From: Candidatus Levybacteria bacterium RIFCSPHIGHO2_02_FULL_40_18
GTDB taxonomy: Bacteria > Patescibacteriota > Microgenomatia > Levybacterales > GWA1-39-11
Assembly (NCBI GenBank): GCA_001782235.1
Contig: MFOC01000007.1
Span: forward strand, 86,799-150,798
Direction of reading: 5' to 3'
DNA: 64,000 nucleotides
Shown in pieces: positions 8,962 to 17,631 of this stretch. The stretch's first letter is position 1; every line of letters starts with the position of its first letter. The translations under genes were made by a program, and so were the position numbers. The notes below the pieces were generated by a model. The model was not told the DNA's origin. It searched no databases and saw only the letters and a list, made by a program, of their open reading frames with translations.

Positions 8962-9999
8962 TTACAGAAGGTTTTGCTGATTTTGTTTTTTCGACAACCT
9001 CGAACCAAGATGTTTATACGCTTCTCCTGTTGCGACGCGGCCGCTTTTTGTCCTTTTGAGAAACCCGATCTGAAGTAGATATGGTTCGACAATCTCTTCA
9101 ATTGTGCCGACGTCTTCTGCTAAAGATGCTGCGATTGTTTCAACTCCAACCGGTCCTCCGCCGTGCTTTTCAATAATGCTTTTAAGATAGCGCTTATCAA
9201 GCGCATCTAATCCTCGCGAATCTACCTCAATTAGCCCAAGTGCTTTTTCGACAAGGTCCAAAGTGATCTCGCCTTTTCCGTGAACCTGCGCATAGTCGCG
9301 GGCGCGTTTTAAAAGTCGAAGAGCGATTCGAGGAGTTCCACGAGCTCTCTTTGCGATTTCAGAAATTGATTTTTTATCGATTTTAACTTTAAGTTTTTTT
9401 GCAGCTTTCACAATAATTTCCTCAAGATCGGAAGGATTATAAAAAACCATCCGATGTACAACACCAAAGCGATCGCGAAGTGGACCTGAGAGCATACCGG
9501 CGCGGGTTGTTGCGCCAACAATCGTGAAGCGTGGCAGATCAAGACGAACAGTCCGAGCTGATGGTCCCTTGCCAAGAACAATATCGAGCGCATATTCTTC
9601 CATCGCTGGATAGAGCGTTTCTTCAACAACTTTATTTAACCTGTGAATTTCGTCTATAAACAGGACGTCTCCGGACTCAAGGTTCGTTAATATAGAAGCA
9701 AGGTCCCCAGCGCGCTCAATTGCGGGGCCTGATGTCACGCGAATATTTGATCCCATTTCTTTTGCAATTAGGTGAGAGAGAGTAGTTTTCCCTAAACCGG
9801 GCGGCCCATATAGTAAAATATGTTCGAGCGCCTCATTTCTTTTTTGAGCAGCATTTATGGCAATTTGAATTGACTTTTTAACAGACTCCTGCCCCACAAA
9901 ATCTCGCCATTCAGAGACCCTAAGAGATGTAAAAATTATTTCTTCTTCAGGTGTTGTTTCTTTCTCAACAATCGAGCCCTTTTGTTTAGATTTGGCCAT
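8962..9999 (-). CDS. ruvB: Holliday junction branch-migration helicase RuvB
   Basis: Walker [27 protein letters not shown] motif, RuvB C-terminal winged helix. Confidence 0.9.
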   Translation of the reverse strand: MAKSKQKGSIVEKETTPEEEIIFTSLRVSEWRDFVGQESVKKSIQIAINAAQKRNEALEHILLYGPPGLGKTTLSHLIAKEMGSNIRVTSGPAIERAGDLASILTNLESGDVLFIDEIHRLNKVVEETLYPAMEEYALDIVLGKGPSARTVRLDLPRFTIVGATTRAGMLSGPLRDRFGVVHRMVFYNPSDLEEIIVKAAKKLKVKIDKKSISEIAKRARGTPRIALRLLKRARDYAQVHGKGEITLDLVEKALGLIEVDSRGLDALDKRYLKSIIEKHGGGPVGVETIAASLAEDVGTIEEIVEPYLLQIGFLKRTKSGRVATGEAYKHLGSRLSKKQNQQNLL

Positions 10000-10009
10000 A
10001 TTTAATAAG

Positions 10010-10135
10010 ATATTAGTTGTTAGAAATTAGAAAATGGTTATGGAAATTAGATGTTGGAAATTGGTTTTGGTTCAACTATTTTCCATTTCCCACTTTCTAT
10101 TACTATTTTCTATTCTCTAGTGGCTATTTTCCTAA
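10010..10135 (-). repeat. Word-repeat palindromic leader element, copy A, immediately 5' of ruvB
   Basis: TAGAAATTAG/GAAAATGG/GGAAATTAG words followed by CTATTTTC/CCATTTCC words. Its 3' part ATCTAATTTCCATAAC...TAATTTCTAACAACTAAT is nearly identical to the nrdR leader (copy G). Confidence 0.6.
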
Positions 10136-10693
10136 ATATTTAAGTGCTGCCTTTATTTGCTCTTCAACGCTTGTAGCGCGATCAGTATTCCTTATTGCTT
10201 CATTTATTTCTTTTGTAGTAAATCCAAATGCTTTAAGGGCAGATACGAGTTCGTTTCTTTCTCCATTTGAAACTCCTGCCAAATCAAGTTCTCTACCGCC
10301 CACTTTATTTTTAAGTTCGATTATTATTTTTTGTGCATTTTTTGTCCCGAGTCTTGGAATTCCTGAGAAGAAAGTAACGTCAGCATCTATTATTGCCTTA
10401 GTAATTTCATCGCCTGTACCATTTGAAAAAATTGCAATCGCGGTCCTTGGGCCAACTCCCGGAACAGTGATAATTAATTCGAACAATTTAAGATCTGAAT
10501 ATTTTGAAAACCCGTAAAGCTCCAAGACATCCTCTCGAACATGAGTATATATGAATAATTTCAAATTCGAACCAATCGAAATAGAGGAGAGAACATCCGA
10601 GGCCGCATGAGTTTTATATCCAACTCCATTAACATCAATTATTAAATATGGATCATCCCGAATTATTGCAGAACCAGAAAGGTAACCTATCAT
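10124..10693 (-). CDS. ruvA: Holliday junction DNA-binding protein RuvA
   Basis: MIGYLSG...VNGVGYKTHAA N-terminus; HhH motif LITVPGVGPRTAIAI. Confidence 0.85.
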   Translation of the reverse strand: MIGYLSGSAIIRDDPYLIIDVNGVGYKTHAASDVLSSISIGSNLKLFIYTHVREDVLELYGFSKYSDLKLFELIITVPGVGPRTAIAIFSNGTGDEITKAIIDADVTFFSGIPRLGTKNAQKIIIELKNKVGGRELDLAGVSNGERNELVSALKAFGFTTKEINEAIRNTDRATSVEEQIKAALKYLGK

Positions 10694-10729
10694 GAAGCAA
10701 CTCGATTATACCACAGGATTTTTGTATGT

Positions 10730-11215
10730 TTATGCTGAGCGAAGTCGAAGCGAAAATGCGCAGGTAATGGCGCAGGCGAGAGCATCGACTGTATCGTCTG
10801 GTTTTGGTATCGAAGGCAAATTCAAAAGCATTTTTACCATTTTCCCCATCTGATCTTTTTGCGCCCTACCATATCCTGTTATTGCTGTTTTTACCTGGAG
10901 CGGGGTATAGGAAAAAACTTCCAGTCCCAAATCGGCTGCCGTTACTATTACAACTCCTCTTGCTTGCCCAACGATTAATGCTGTCTTTGCGTTCGTATTA
11001 AAAAACAATTCCTCAACCGAAAGCGCTTGAGGTTTGTGTTCTTTGATAATTCGAACAAGCTCCTCGCGAATTATTTGCAAACGACGCTCAATAGGTAAAT
11101 CGGCTCTTGTCTCAATACAACCAAAGCTTTTGGCTGTTAGCTTTTGGCTGTTATCTTTTTCGACGATGCCCCATCCGGTACGGGCAATCCCCGGATCCAC
11201 CCCCAAAATTATCAT
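10730..11215 (-). CDS. ruvC: Crossover junction endodeoxyribonuclease RuvC
   Basis: MIILGVDPGIARTGWGIVE N-terminus with RNase H-like fold motifs. Order ruvC-ruvA-ruvB. Confidence 0.85.
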   Translation of the reverse strand: MIILGVDPGIARTGWGIVEKDNSQKLTAKSFGCIETRADLPIERRLQIIREELVRIIKEHKPQALSVEELFFNTNAKTALIVGQARGVVIVTAADLGLEVFSYTPLQVKTAITGYGRAQKDQMGKMVKMLLNLPSIPKPDDTVDALACAITCAFSLRLRSA

Positions 11216-11249
11216 ATTGGTTATAAGATTATATACGATTGTAGATTAT

Positions 11250-11714
11250 TTAAAGTGTGTTGATTGTAATTTTTCCGATTTTTTTAGGAAGCCGCCGATC
11301 TAGAGTGATAAAAATGCCCGCACCGGATTCAAGCGCTGAAGCAAGATGAATAGCATCAGGAGTTCGAACACTTGGAAAATTTGCTCTTATCCAGGCGGCT
11401 CGGCGAGCAACGTTTCTGTCAATATCTTTAACCGTGAATAATCCTCCCCCAGTAATAAATTCTTCATAATAACCAATATCTTTTGAAAAATCATCTTTAT
11501 AAAAGTAGACCAAAAATTCCTCAAAAACCAGCGCTGAGATAAAAACCTGGGGGCTTGCCTGCTTAATTTCTTCTAAAATTCTTTGCGCTTTTTCCCCCAG
11601 TGGATTAGGTTTGGTGTATGCGTTGAATGCGGAAATAAATATATTACTATCAAGTGCTAAAATTTGCGAGGGCAAAATTCGATTACTCATCCCATGAACT
11701 TCTTTCTTCTTCAA
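11250..11714 (-). CDS. PIN-domain toxin (VapC-like). The probable true start is the internal Met at about 11693.
   Basis: ILALDSNIFISAF acidic-residue PIN start; conserved D/E positions. Confidence 0.65.
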   Translation of the reverse strand: MKKKEVHGMSNRILPSQILALDSNIFISAFNAYTKPNPLGEKAQRILEEIKQASPQVFISALVFEEFLVYFYKDDFSKDIGYYEEFITGGGLFTVKDIDRNVARRAAWIRANFPSVRTPDAIHLASALESGAGIFITLDRRLPKKIGKITINTL

Positions 11715-11931
11715 GATATTTTAGAGGATCTACCCCTTTCCAGGGGTTTTTTAGCTTCTTATAGTAATCCTGGGGCCAGTTGAGTTTTTCTTCAAGGGTA
11801 GGGCGGGTTAATATAATCTGCTCTCCTGCCACGTGAACATTCATCTTCTGGCCGGGTTTAATATTGGCTTTCTTCCGTATCTCTTTTGGAATTACTATTT
11901 GATATTTTGTACTAACAAGTGTTTGATTCAT
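11683..11931 (-). CDS. AbrB/MazE/SpoVT-family antitoxin (VapB-like). Start chosen at the internal Met MNQTL.
   Basis: TKYQIVIPKEIRKKANIKPGQKMNV swapped-hairpin motif. Lies upstream of and overlapping the PIN gene. Confidence 0.6.
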   Translation of the reverse strand: MNQTLVSTKYQIVIPKEIRKKANIKPGQKMNVHVAGEQIILTRPTLEEKLNWPQDYYKKLKNPWKGVDPLKYLEEERSSWDE

Positions 11932-12002
11932 AATCGTATTACATTTTACATAATCGTAAAACAAAAGTCAACCCCAAAAATTATCATGCAGACTATTATC
12001 GC

Positions 12003-12029
12003 AACTAGTGACTAGACACTAGCTACTAG
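12003..12029. promoter_or_regulatory. CTAG-rich operator-like motif ACTAGTGACTAGACACTAGCTACTAG in a divergent promoter region
   Basis: Four CTAG tetramers in 27 bp; shares ACTAGTGACTAG with the motif at 17512-17547. Confidence 0.4.
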
Positions 12030-12261
12030 AATTTCTTACGGCCTAAAACCTTCGCCAATTGGAGCGGAGTGCATGAGAAATGAACGAGCGTAGAGGGGGA
12101 CCCCTCACGAACTTGATGAGGAGGGGGAATGGTATCCCCCGCTAGTGAGTGAAATTTCGAAAGCACGAGTACCACTGGCGAGAGCTTTTGGTTCTTTTGT
12201 CGGCACAAAAGAATAAGAGATAAATTGACACTAAAGTATGCTATTGTATAATACTGTATAA

Positions 12262-13359
12262 ATGGAAAGACCGATACTTACGATAGCTCAGGCAGCAAAA
12301 TTATTGCAAGTTGATCCGAATACTATTTATCGCTGGGCCAGAGCGGGTAAATTTCCGGCGTCAAAGATCGGAAAAGAGTGGCGAGTACTTCGCTCTGACG
12401 TTATCAAGTTTGTAGAAAGTAAAAAATCGCGAGATCAGTTCCTGACAGAAAATCAAGAGGCTGAGCTTATTACAGCCTTAGTAGGAAGACGCGAAATTCC
12501 ATTAAAGTTCGAATATCTAGGAGAAGGGGCAGATAAATATGTTGCCATATCAGCACCAGAAATTGGGGGAGGTTCTGAAACAGAAATAATTTCAAACTAC
12601 AAAGGCCGTTTTTCAGATTTTTTAAAGAGTAAAAAATTTAACTTAGTGGACATTGGTTCAGGAGACGGGAAAAAAGCAGCGTTTGTTATTTCTCATGTTG
12701 CTAAAACCGTTTCCTCATATTCAGGGCTTGATATTTCAAAGCGGATGCTTGATCTTGCAGGGCAAACGATGCAGATTTCACACCCCGACTTAATGTATGA
12801 GAGATTCATTGAGGATTTTGAACATGGTAGTATTTCTAATGCTACCTATTATCTCAATCGGAGATATCAGAATAATAATTTAATTCTATTCTTAGGTAAT
12901 ACTATTGGAAATGTCTCCGATGCGCATCGTATTCTCATTAATCTTAGAGACGGAATGAGCGATCAGGATCTTTTATTGGTTGGGTTAGCATTCTATAACC
13001 CTCGAAATATTCCGCTTTCGACATATAACAGGAAGGTTGTCATCGATATGTTTTGGACTATTCCTGAAAAAATAGGCATAGAACGGGGAGATGCAAAAAT
13101 ATCGTGGATTTATAATGAGCATTTAAGGCAGGTAGAGTGCCAGCTTGAATTTGTACGCGGTTGGAGCAAGATTTTCGGGGGAAATCTGATTCGGTTTGGT
13201 AAAGGACAAAAGATAAGACTCGCCATCTCAAGAAGATTTACTAAAGATAATATTTTTGAACTTTTTGCCAAAGCTGGTTTTAAAATTGAGATCTTTGTTC
13301 ATGATAAAGATAATGCTTTAGTTTTATGCCGACCTCATGACTGGGAGAAAAGAATCTAA
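12262..13359 (+). CDS. Fusion protein: excisionase-type HTH DNA-binding domain plus EgtD-like (Methyltransf_33) SAM-dependent methyltransferase fold
   Basis: N-terminal LTIAQAAKLLQVDPNTIYRWARAGKFPASKIGKEWRV. Then FEYLGEGADKYVAISAPEI...LVDIGSGDGKKA...YSGLDIS, resembling the EgtD family layout. Confidence 0.5.
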   Translation: MERPILTIAQAAKLLQVDPNTIYRWARAGKFPASKIGKEWRVLRSDVIKFVESKKSRDQFLTENQEAELITALVGRREIPLKFEYLGEGADKYVAISAPEIGGGSETEIISNYKGRFSDFLKSKKFNLVDIGSGDGKKAAFVISHVAKTVSSYSGLDISKRMLDLAGQTMQISHPDLMYERFIEDFEHGSISNATYYLNRRYQNNNLILFLGNTIGNVSDAHRILINLRDGMSDQDLLLVGLAFYNPRNIPLSTYNRKVVIDMFWTIPEKIGIERGDAKISWIYNEHLRQVECQLEFVRGWSKIFGGNLIRFGKGQKIRLAISRRFTKDNIFELFAKAGFKIEIFVHDKDNALVLCRPHDWEKRI

Positions 13360-13988
13360 TCTGTTAGTTCGGCGAGGGAGTGGATTGTTTTTATCTTAGG
13401 ATCTGATTCGTCTGATTTCCTATTGATCCAAATAACGTCTACGAATTTTTGAAGAACCTCTACAACATCGTGTTTGTTATCTATGAACGTTGCCTCGCGA
13501 GGCAACAGTTCTATTGCCTCATCCGAAAGTTTTCTTTTGTGTATAAAAATATATTCGGGAGAAAAGTAGTCTCGTAATTCTGCCGCGTCAAGCTTTCTAT
13601 TTTGCAAATCGCGATTTCCCTGAGAAAAAATTCCAAGAATTTTTTCTCCTTTTAGTTTTTCCAGAACTTCCCGAGCCTCAGGGTAGAGTGAATTTTTATA
13701 TATATCGGTATCCTCCCAAAAAACCCGATCAAGAGGCGCCACATCTTTTCCGAATCTATCTGAAAGGTAGGCTGTTATCCCACGCGGATCAAAGTCGGTT
13801 CTTTCTGAAAGTTTCGAATAATAATCCGCATTTGCACTAATTAATTCTTCTTCAGAAATCCCCAAGATTTTTACAAATTTTGTGCGAATTAGCTTGCCGA
13901 ATTTTTCAGGATCAAAAATGACGCCATCTATGTCAAACAAAATTAACCCCGTTACAAGTTCGTTCCTAGAAGCGTAGGAGCTATCCAT
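13356..13988 (-). CDS. HAD-superfamily hydrolase
   Basis: Motif I LILFDIDGVIFD; downstream HAD motifs. Confidence 0.7.
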   Translation of the reverse strand: MDSSYASRNELVTGLILFDIDGVIFDPEKFGKLIRTKFVKILGISEEELISANADYYSKLSERTDFDPRGITAYLSDRFGKDVAPLDRVFWEDTDIYKNSLYPEAREVLEKLKGEKILGIFSQGNRDLQNRKLDAAELRDYFSPEYIFIHKRKLSDEAIELLPREATFIDNKHDVVEVLQKFVDVIWINRKSDESDPKIKTIHSLAELTD

Positions 13989-14124
13989 GGCTATATACTA
14001 TTAAAATATATTACAAACAATAAGCATATTTGTAACGGGGTTAAATTATGCATCCGAATTCATTATACTATAAGGGGAGAAGATTGCTTTAAGACGGCAA
14101 ATTATTTATAATAAACACTATAAG

Positions 14125-15102
14125 ATGAAAAGTTCTGTACTTTCCTTTTTTACGCAGAATCAAATATTAACCGCGCTTCTTATTATAGGCATAGGATGGA
14201 TAATTATTGAAATTCGAGGAGTTTTAATAGCTCTCTTTGTTTCATATATTCTTATGGCAGCAATCGCCCCTTATTCTGAGGCTTTAAAGCGTGCGAAAGC
14301 CCCTAGCGCGCTTGCGGTAATTATTCCATATTTTGTAGCCGTTATCTTTCTTATCCTAATTTTGGTTTCTCTTGTTCCGTTCCTTGTTTCGCAAGTTCAG
14401 GTTTTGCTATCGCGCTTTCCATCTTATCTTAACTCTGACGTAAGAGTGCTCGGCGTTCCACTTGGAGCAATAAAATTAGATGAGATTGCTACAAAAGAAT
14501 TTAGCAATATTGGACAAAACGCCATAGCCTTCACAAGCCAGATTCTAGGTGGAATTATATCTGCTATCAGCATATTTGCTGTATCTTTTTATCTTCTCCT
14601 TTATAGAAATACAGTGAGAGAGAATTTTGTTTCACTTTTCTCAAAGTCTTCCCAGAATAAGGTGCGAAAAATTACTTTGCTAATTGAAGAGAGGCTAGGG
14701 GGGTGGCTCCGGGGGCAACTAGTTTTGTCAGGTTTTATTGGTGTTATAACTTGGGTTGTTTTGACAATTCTTGGAATTGAATTTGCATTACCTCTTGCTG
14801 TAATTGCGGGACTACTTGAGATTGTTCCTACAATTGGACCAATAATTGCAGCTATTCCTGCAATAATAGTTGCCTTAAACATCTCTTTTCCAATGGCTAT
14901 TGTCGTTGGCGTTGCTTACTTTTTAATACAGCTTTTAGAGAATAATATTTTGGTCCCAAGAATAATGCAAAGAGCAGTCGGACTTAATCCAATTGTTATA
15001 ATCATAGGAATTATAATTGGAGGAAAACTTCTTGGTATAGCGGGTGCTCTTCTTGCGATTCCCTTTATATCGCTTCTTGTCGTTGTTTATAGAAAAATCT
15101 AA
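14125..15102 (+). CDS. AI-2E family transporter (PerM/UPF0118)
   Basis: Eight-TM topology and ...ERLGGWLRGQL... motif. Confidence 0.7.
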   Translation: MKSSVLSFFTQNQILTALLIIGIGWIIIEIRGVLIALFVSYILMAAIAPYSEALKRAKAPSALAVIIPYFVAVIFLILILVSLVPFLVSQVQVLLSRFPSYLNSDVRVLGVPLGAIKLDEIATKEFSNIGQNAIAFTSQILGGIISAISIFAVSFYLLLYRNTVRENFVSLFSKSSQNKVRKITLLIEERLGGWLRGQLVLSGFIGVITWVVLTILGIEFALPLAVIAGLLEIVPTIGPIIAAIPAIIVALNISFPMAIVVGVAYFLIQLLENNILVPRIMQRAVGLNPIVIIIGIIIGGKLLGIAGALLAIPFISLLVVVYRKI

Positions 15103-17492
15103 CGAGGGGAGTTTGAAATTATAAATAGTAAGAAGATTGCTCCAAAAACAAAAGCCAGGGGCAAGAAAGCAAGACTCCCGGACATTTTTTCCGTTCTAAT
15201 TGTTGGAAAATTTAAAAATTTATCTTTATGAAGAAAAACTCTTGCAAAATAGGACGGGGCGTAGGTCAAAATTCCCAGTAGCAATCCATTTCTGTATCTC
15301 CTCCCTGAAACAAATACCAGAAAATTTATATCTACCAAAACCTTCCCGATCTCTCTTAATCTTTTTGCCAAGTCTATATCTTCACCTAGGGTTAGGGCAG
15401 TATTAAAACCTCCTATTTTTAAAAACGCAGATCTACGAACCGCCATATTAAAACCATTAAGATTCCATCCGCCCGAAAGAATTTTATCCAAAACCCAAAA
15501 TGCTTTAAAGAAGTATCTTCCTGCTGCTCGTGCCGTAACCGGTCCTGAATAGAGATTAGATAATCCACCAAACGCAGTAAGAGATTTATCGCGATCAAAT
15601 TCGGAGACTATTCTTGCAAGCCAATTCTCGGGAACTATTGTGTCTGAATCCGTTGATGCAATAATTTCTCCTTTTGCCTCAAAAAAGCCTGCTTGTCTTG
15701 CCTGTGCTACTCCCTTTTGTTTTTCAAGTATCACACGAGCTCCATATTTTTGTGCAATCTCAGAGGTTTTATCTTGCGAATTATTATCAACAACTATCAG
15801 TTCAAAATTCTTGTATGTTTGATTAACAAGACTCTTAAGAGTTGCGGGAATAAATTGCTCTTCATTGTATGCCGGAATAACAACAGTAACGCGAGGATTT
15901 GAAGGATTTATATGTTTCTGTTCCCTAAGACCTATATAAAATTGGGGAGGAATTTTCTTTTGAAATCTTGTAAATAAATAAGACATAAAGCCAAAAAGGG
16001 CGAGGAGCAATATGAGATTTGGCAGTGACCAATAGTCTTTTATATTAAGGTGCGAAGTGTTAATAAGAGCCCATGCCTCATCTACTATCCACCCAATCCC
16101 TGCTCCTACCAATACTACAGAGGCAAGTCCGATTCTTTTACTTTTAATAAACCCTGAAAGGACGAGGAGGAGGAAAGCAAGAGCAACTTGCGAATGATAA
16201 AACTCAATGCCTCCTATCATAAACTTGGGATAAAGGGATGAAGGGAACAAAAAAATTAAAAGTCTTGTTAAGAGAATGGTTATCAAAAACGACAGAAAAC
16301 CAACATAAAGTTGTTCTCCTCGTTCATTACGGCTCATTATTCTAAAAATGCTCTCCTTGTTATATTTATCTAAAAGACCGTAGTAAATAGACTCAAGTGC
16401 GTCAACGGTTTTGCCTACAGAAAAGCTTTCGGATAATTCTACAGCTTTCTCTGAAAGGCTCTTTCTAAGTTCTTTGTTTTCAAGAATTGATAAAATTTTA
16501 AGAGCAAATTCCCGTTTATCTTTGGGGACTAAAAATCCATTTTCGCCGTTTTTAATACACTCAAAAGCAGGATCATCAATTGCTACTACGGGGACTCCGG
16601 ATGCCAAAGCCTCAGGGACCACCATACCTTGGGTCTCGGTAGTTGAAGAGAATACAAAAACATCAGCGTCTTTATAAACATTTGGCATCTCGTCATTTTT
16701 TACTTCTCCTAAAAAATGTGTTTTTTTAGATACCCCAAGTCTTCTTGAGAGAGACTCCAATTTCCTTTTCTCCGGCCCGTCTCCTATTATGACAAGCTGG
16801 GATGCGCGGTTATCTTTGAGCACAAGCGCGAAGCTTCTGATTATAAAATCAACCGATTTTTCTTTCCCAAGCCTTCCGACAAAAAGAAGAATAGGATCTT
16901 TTTTAATTCCTGTGATCTTTCTTAATAAACCGCTTTTGGCATTGTAGAATTTTTCTACATCAATACCACTTGGAATAACGGTTATTGGTTTTTTAACCCC
17001 ATATGATTTAAGTTCTGCAAGAACTCGCTCTGCCGGAGCAATTAAATGATCAATCCTATTCCCAAATATTTTTGTAGCGCGTTCAATCATTTTGGGCGTG
17101 ACTTTCCCTTTCAAAAAGTAGTGAGTATATCTATTCCAAAGAGTATGATAAGTAACAACAAAGGGAATGCCTTTGAGTCTTGCTGTTTCCCATCCAATGA
17201 GCGTTATCGTTCCTCCTCCATGACCATGGATAATATCAAAGTCCATTCCAAGAACTCTCCTTAAAGATTTGTCAGGAAGATGAAGCGCCATCCGAATTTC
17301 CGGCCGTGAAAGAACTTTGAGCGAAGTGAGTCTAACAACATTGAGATCAGAATCTACATACCCCGGGTATTTTGGCGCAACAATAATAACTTCGTGCCCG
17401 CGCCGCTCAAGTTCTTTTGCTGACTCAAAAACGCTCGTCGCAACACCATTAGGCTGTGGCAAAAATCCGTCAGTAAAGAAGCCAATCCTCAT
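15099..17492 (-). CDS. Bifunctional glycosyltransferase: N-terminal GT4, central TM segments, C-terminal GT2
   Basis: GT4 motifs MRIGFFTDGFLPQPNGVATSV and ETQGMVVPEALASGVPVV. GT2 motifs VTVVIPAYNEEQFI...LIVVDNNSQD and DSD. Confidence 0.8.
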   Translation of the reverse strand: MRIGFFTDGFLPQPNGVATSVFESAKELERRGHEVIIVAPKYPGYVDSDLNVVRLTSLKVLSRPEIRMALHLPDKSLRRVLGMDFDIIHGHGGGTITLIGWETARLKGIPFVVTYHTLWNRYTHYFLKGKVTPKMIERATKIFGNRIDHLIAPAERVLAELKSYGVKKPITVIPSGIDVEKFYNAKSGLLRKITGIKKDPILLFVGRLGKEKSVDFIIRSFALVLKDNRASQLVIIGDGPEKRKLESLSRRLGVSKKTHFLGEVKNDEMPNVYKDADVFVFSSTTETQGMVVPEALASGVPVVAIDDPAFECIKNGENGFLVPKDKREFALKILSILENKELRKSLSEKAVELSESFSVGKTVDALESIYYGLLDKYNKESIFRIMSRNERGEQLYVGFLSFLITILLTRLLIFLFPSSLYPKFMIGGIEFYHSQVALAFLLLVLSGFIKSKRIGLASVVLVGAGIGWIVDEAWALINTSHLNIKDYWSLPNLILLLALFGFMSYLFTRFQKKIPPQFYIGLREQKHINPSNPRVTVVIPAYNEEQFIPATLKSLVNQTYKNFELIVVDNNSQDKTSEIAQKYGARVILEKQKGVAQARQAGFFEAKGEIIASTDSDTIVPENWLARIVSEFDRDKSLTAFGGLSNLYSGPVTARAAGRYFFKAFWVLDKILSGGWNLNGFNMAVRRSAFLKIGGFNTALTLGEDIDLAKRLREIGKVLVDINFLVFVSGRRYRNGLLLGILTYAPSYFARVFLHKDKFLNFPTIRTEKMSGSLAFLPLAFVFGAIFLLFIISNSPR

Positions 17493-17511
17493 ATGATTGT
17501 ATTATAGACAA

Positions 17512-17547
17512 CCTAGTGACTAGTTACTAGCCACTAGTGACTAGTTT
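17512..17547. promoter_or_regulatory. CTAG-rich motif CTAGTGACTAGTTACTAGCCACTAGTGACTAGTT between the divergent glycosyltransferase gene and dnaA
   Basis: Five CTAG tetramers; two copies of ACTAGTGACTAGT. The sequence carries stops in all six frames. Confidence 0.45.
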
Positions 17548-17553
17548 GATGTC

Positions 17554-17583
17554 TTGACAAAAAGTTATCCACATCTTTATACT
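17554..17583 (+). promoter_or_regulatory. dnaA promoter. TTGACA at 17554-17559, 18-nt spacer, TATACT at 17578-17583. A perfect DnaA box TTATCCACA sits at 17565-17573.
   Basis: Read directly. A DnaA box inside the promoter spacer indicates dnaA autoregulation. Confidence 0.65.
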
Positions 17584-17631
17584 CAAACCCCGCGAGAATT
17601 ATTTCGCATCTTTGGGGCAACCCTATTTTTT

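Noticed and set aside
17554-17631. Longer DnaA ORF starting at TTG 17554
   Set aside because: That TTG is the -35 hexamer of the promoter, and the DnaA box and -10 lie inside the extension. The conserved DnaA N-terminus begins at ATG 17632.
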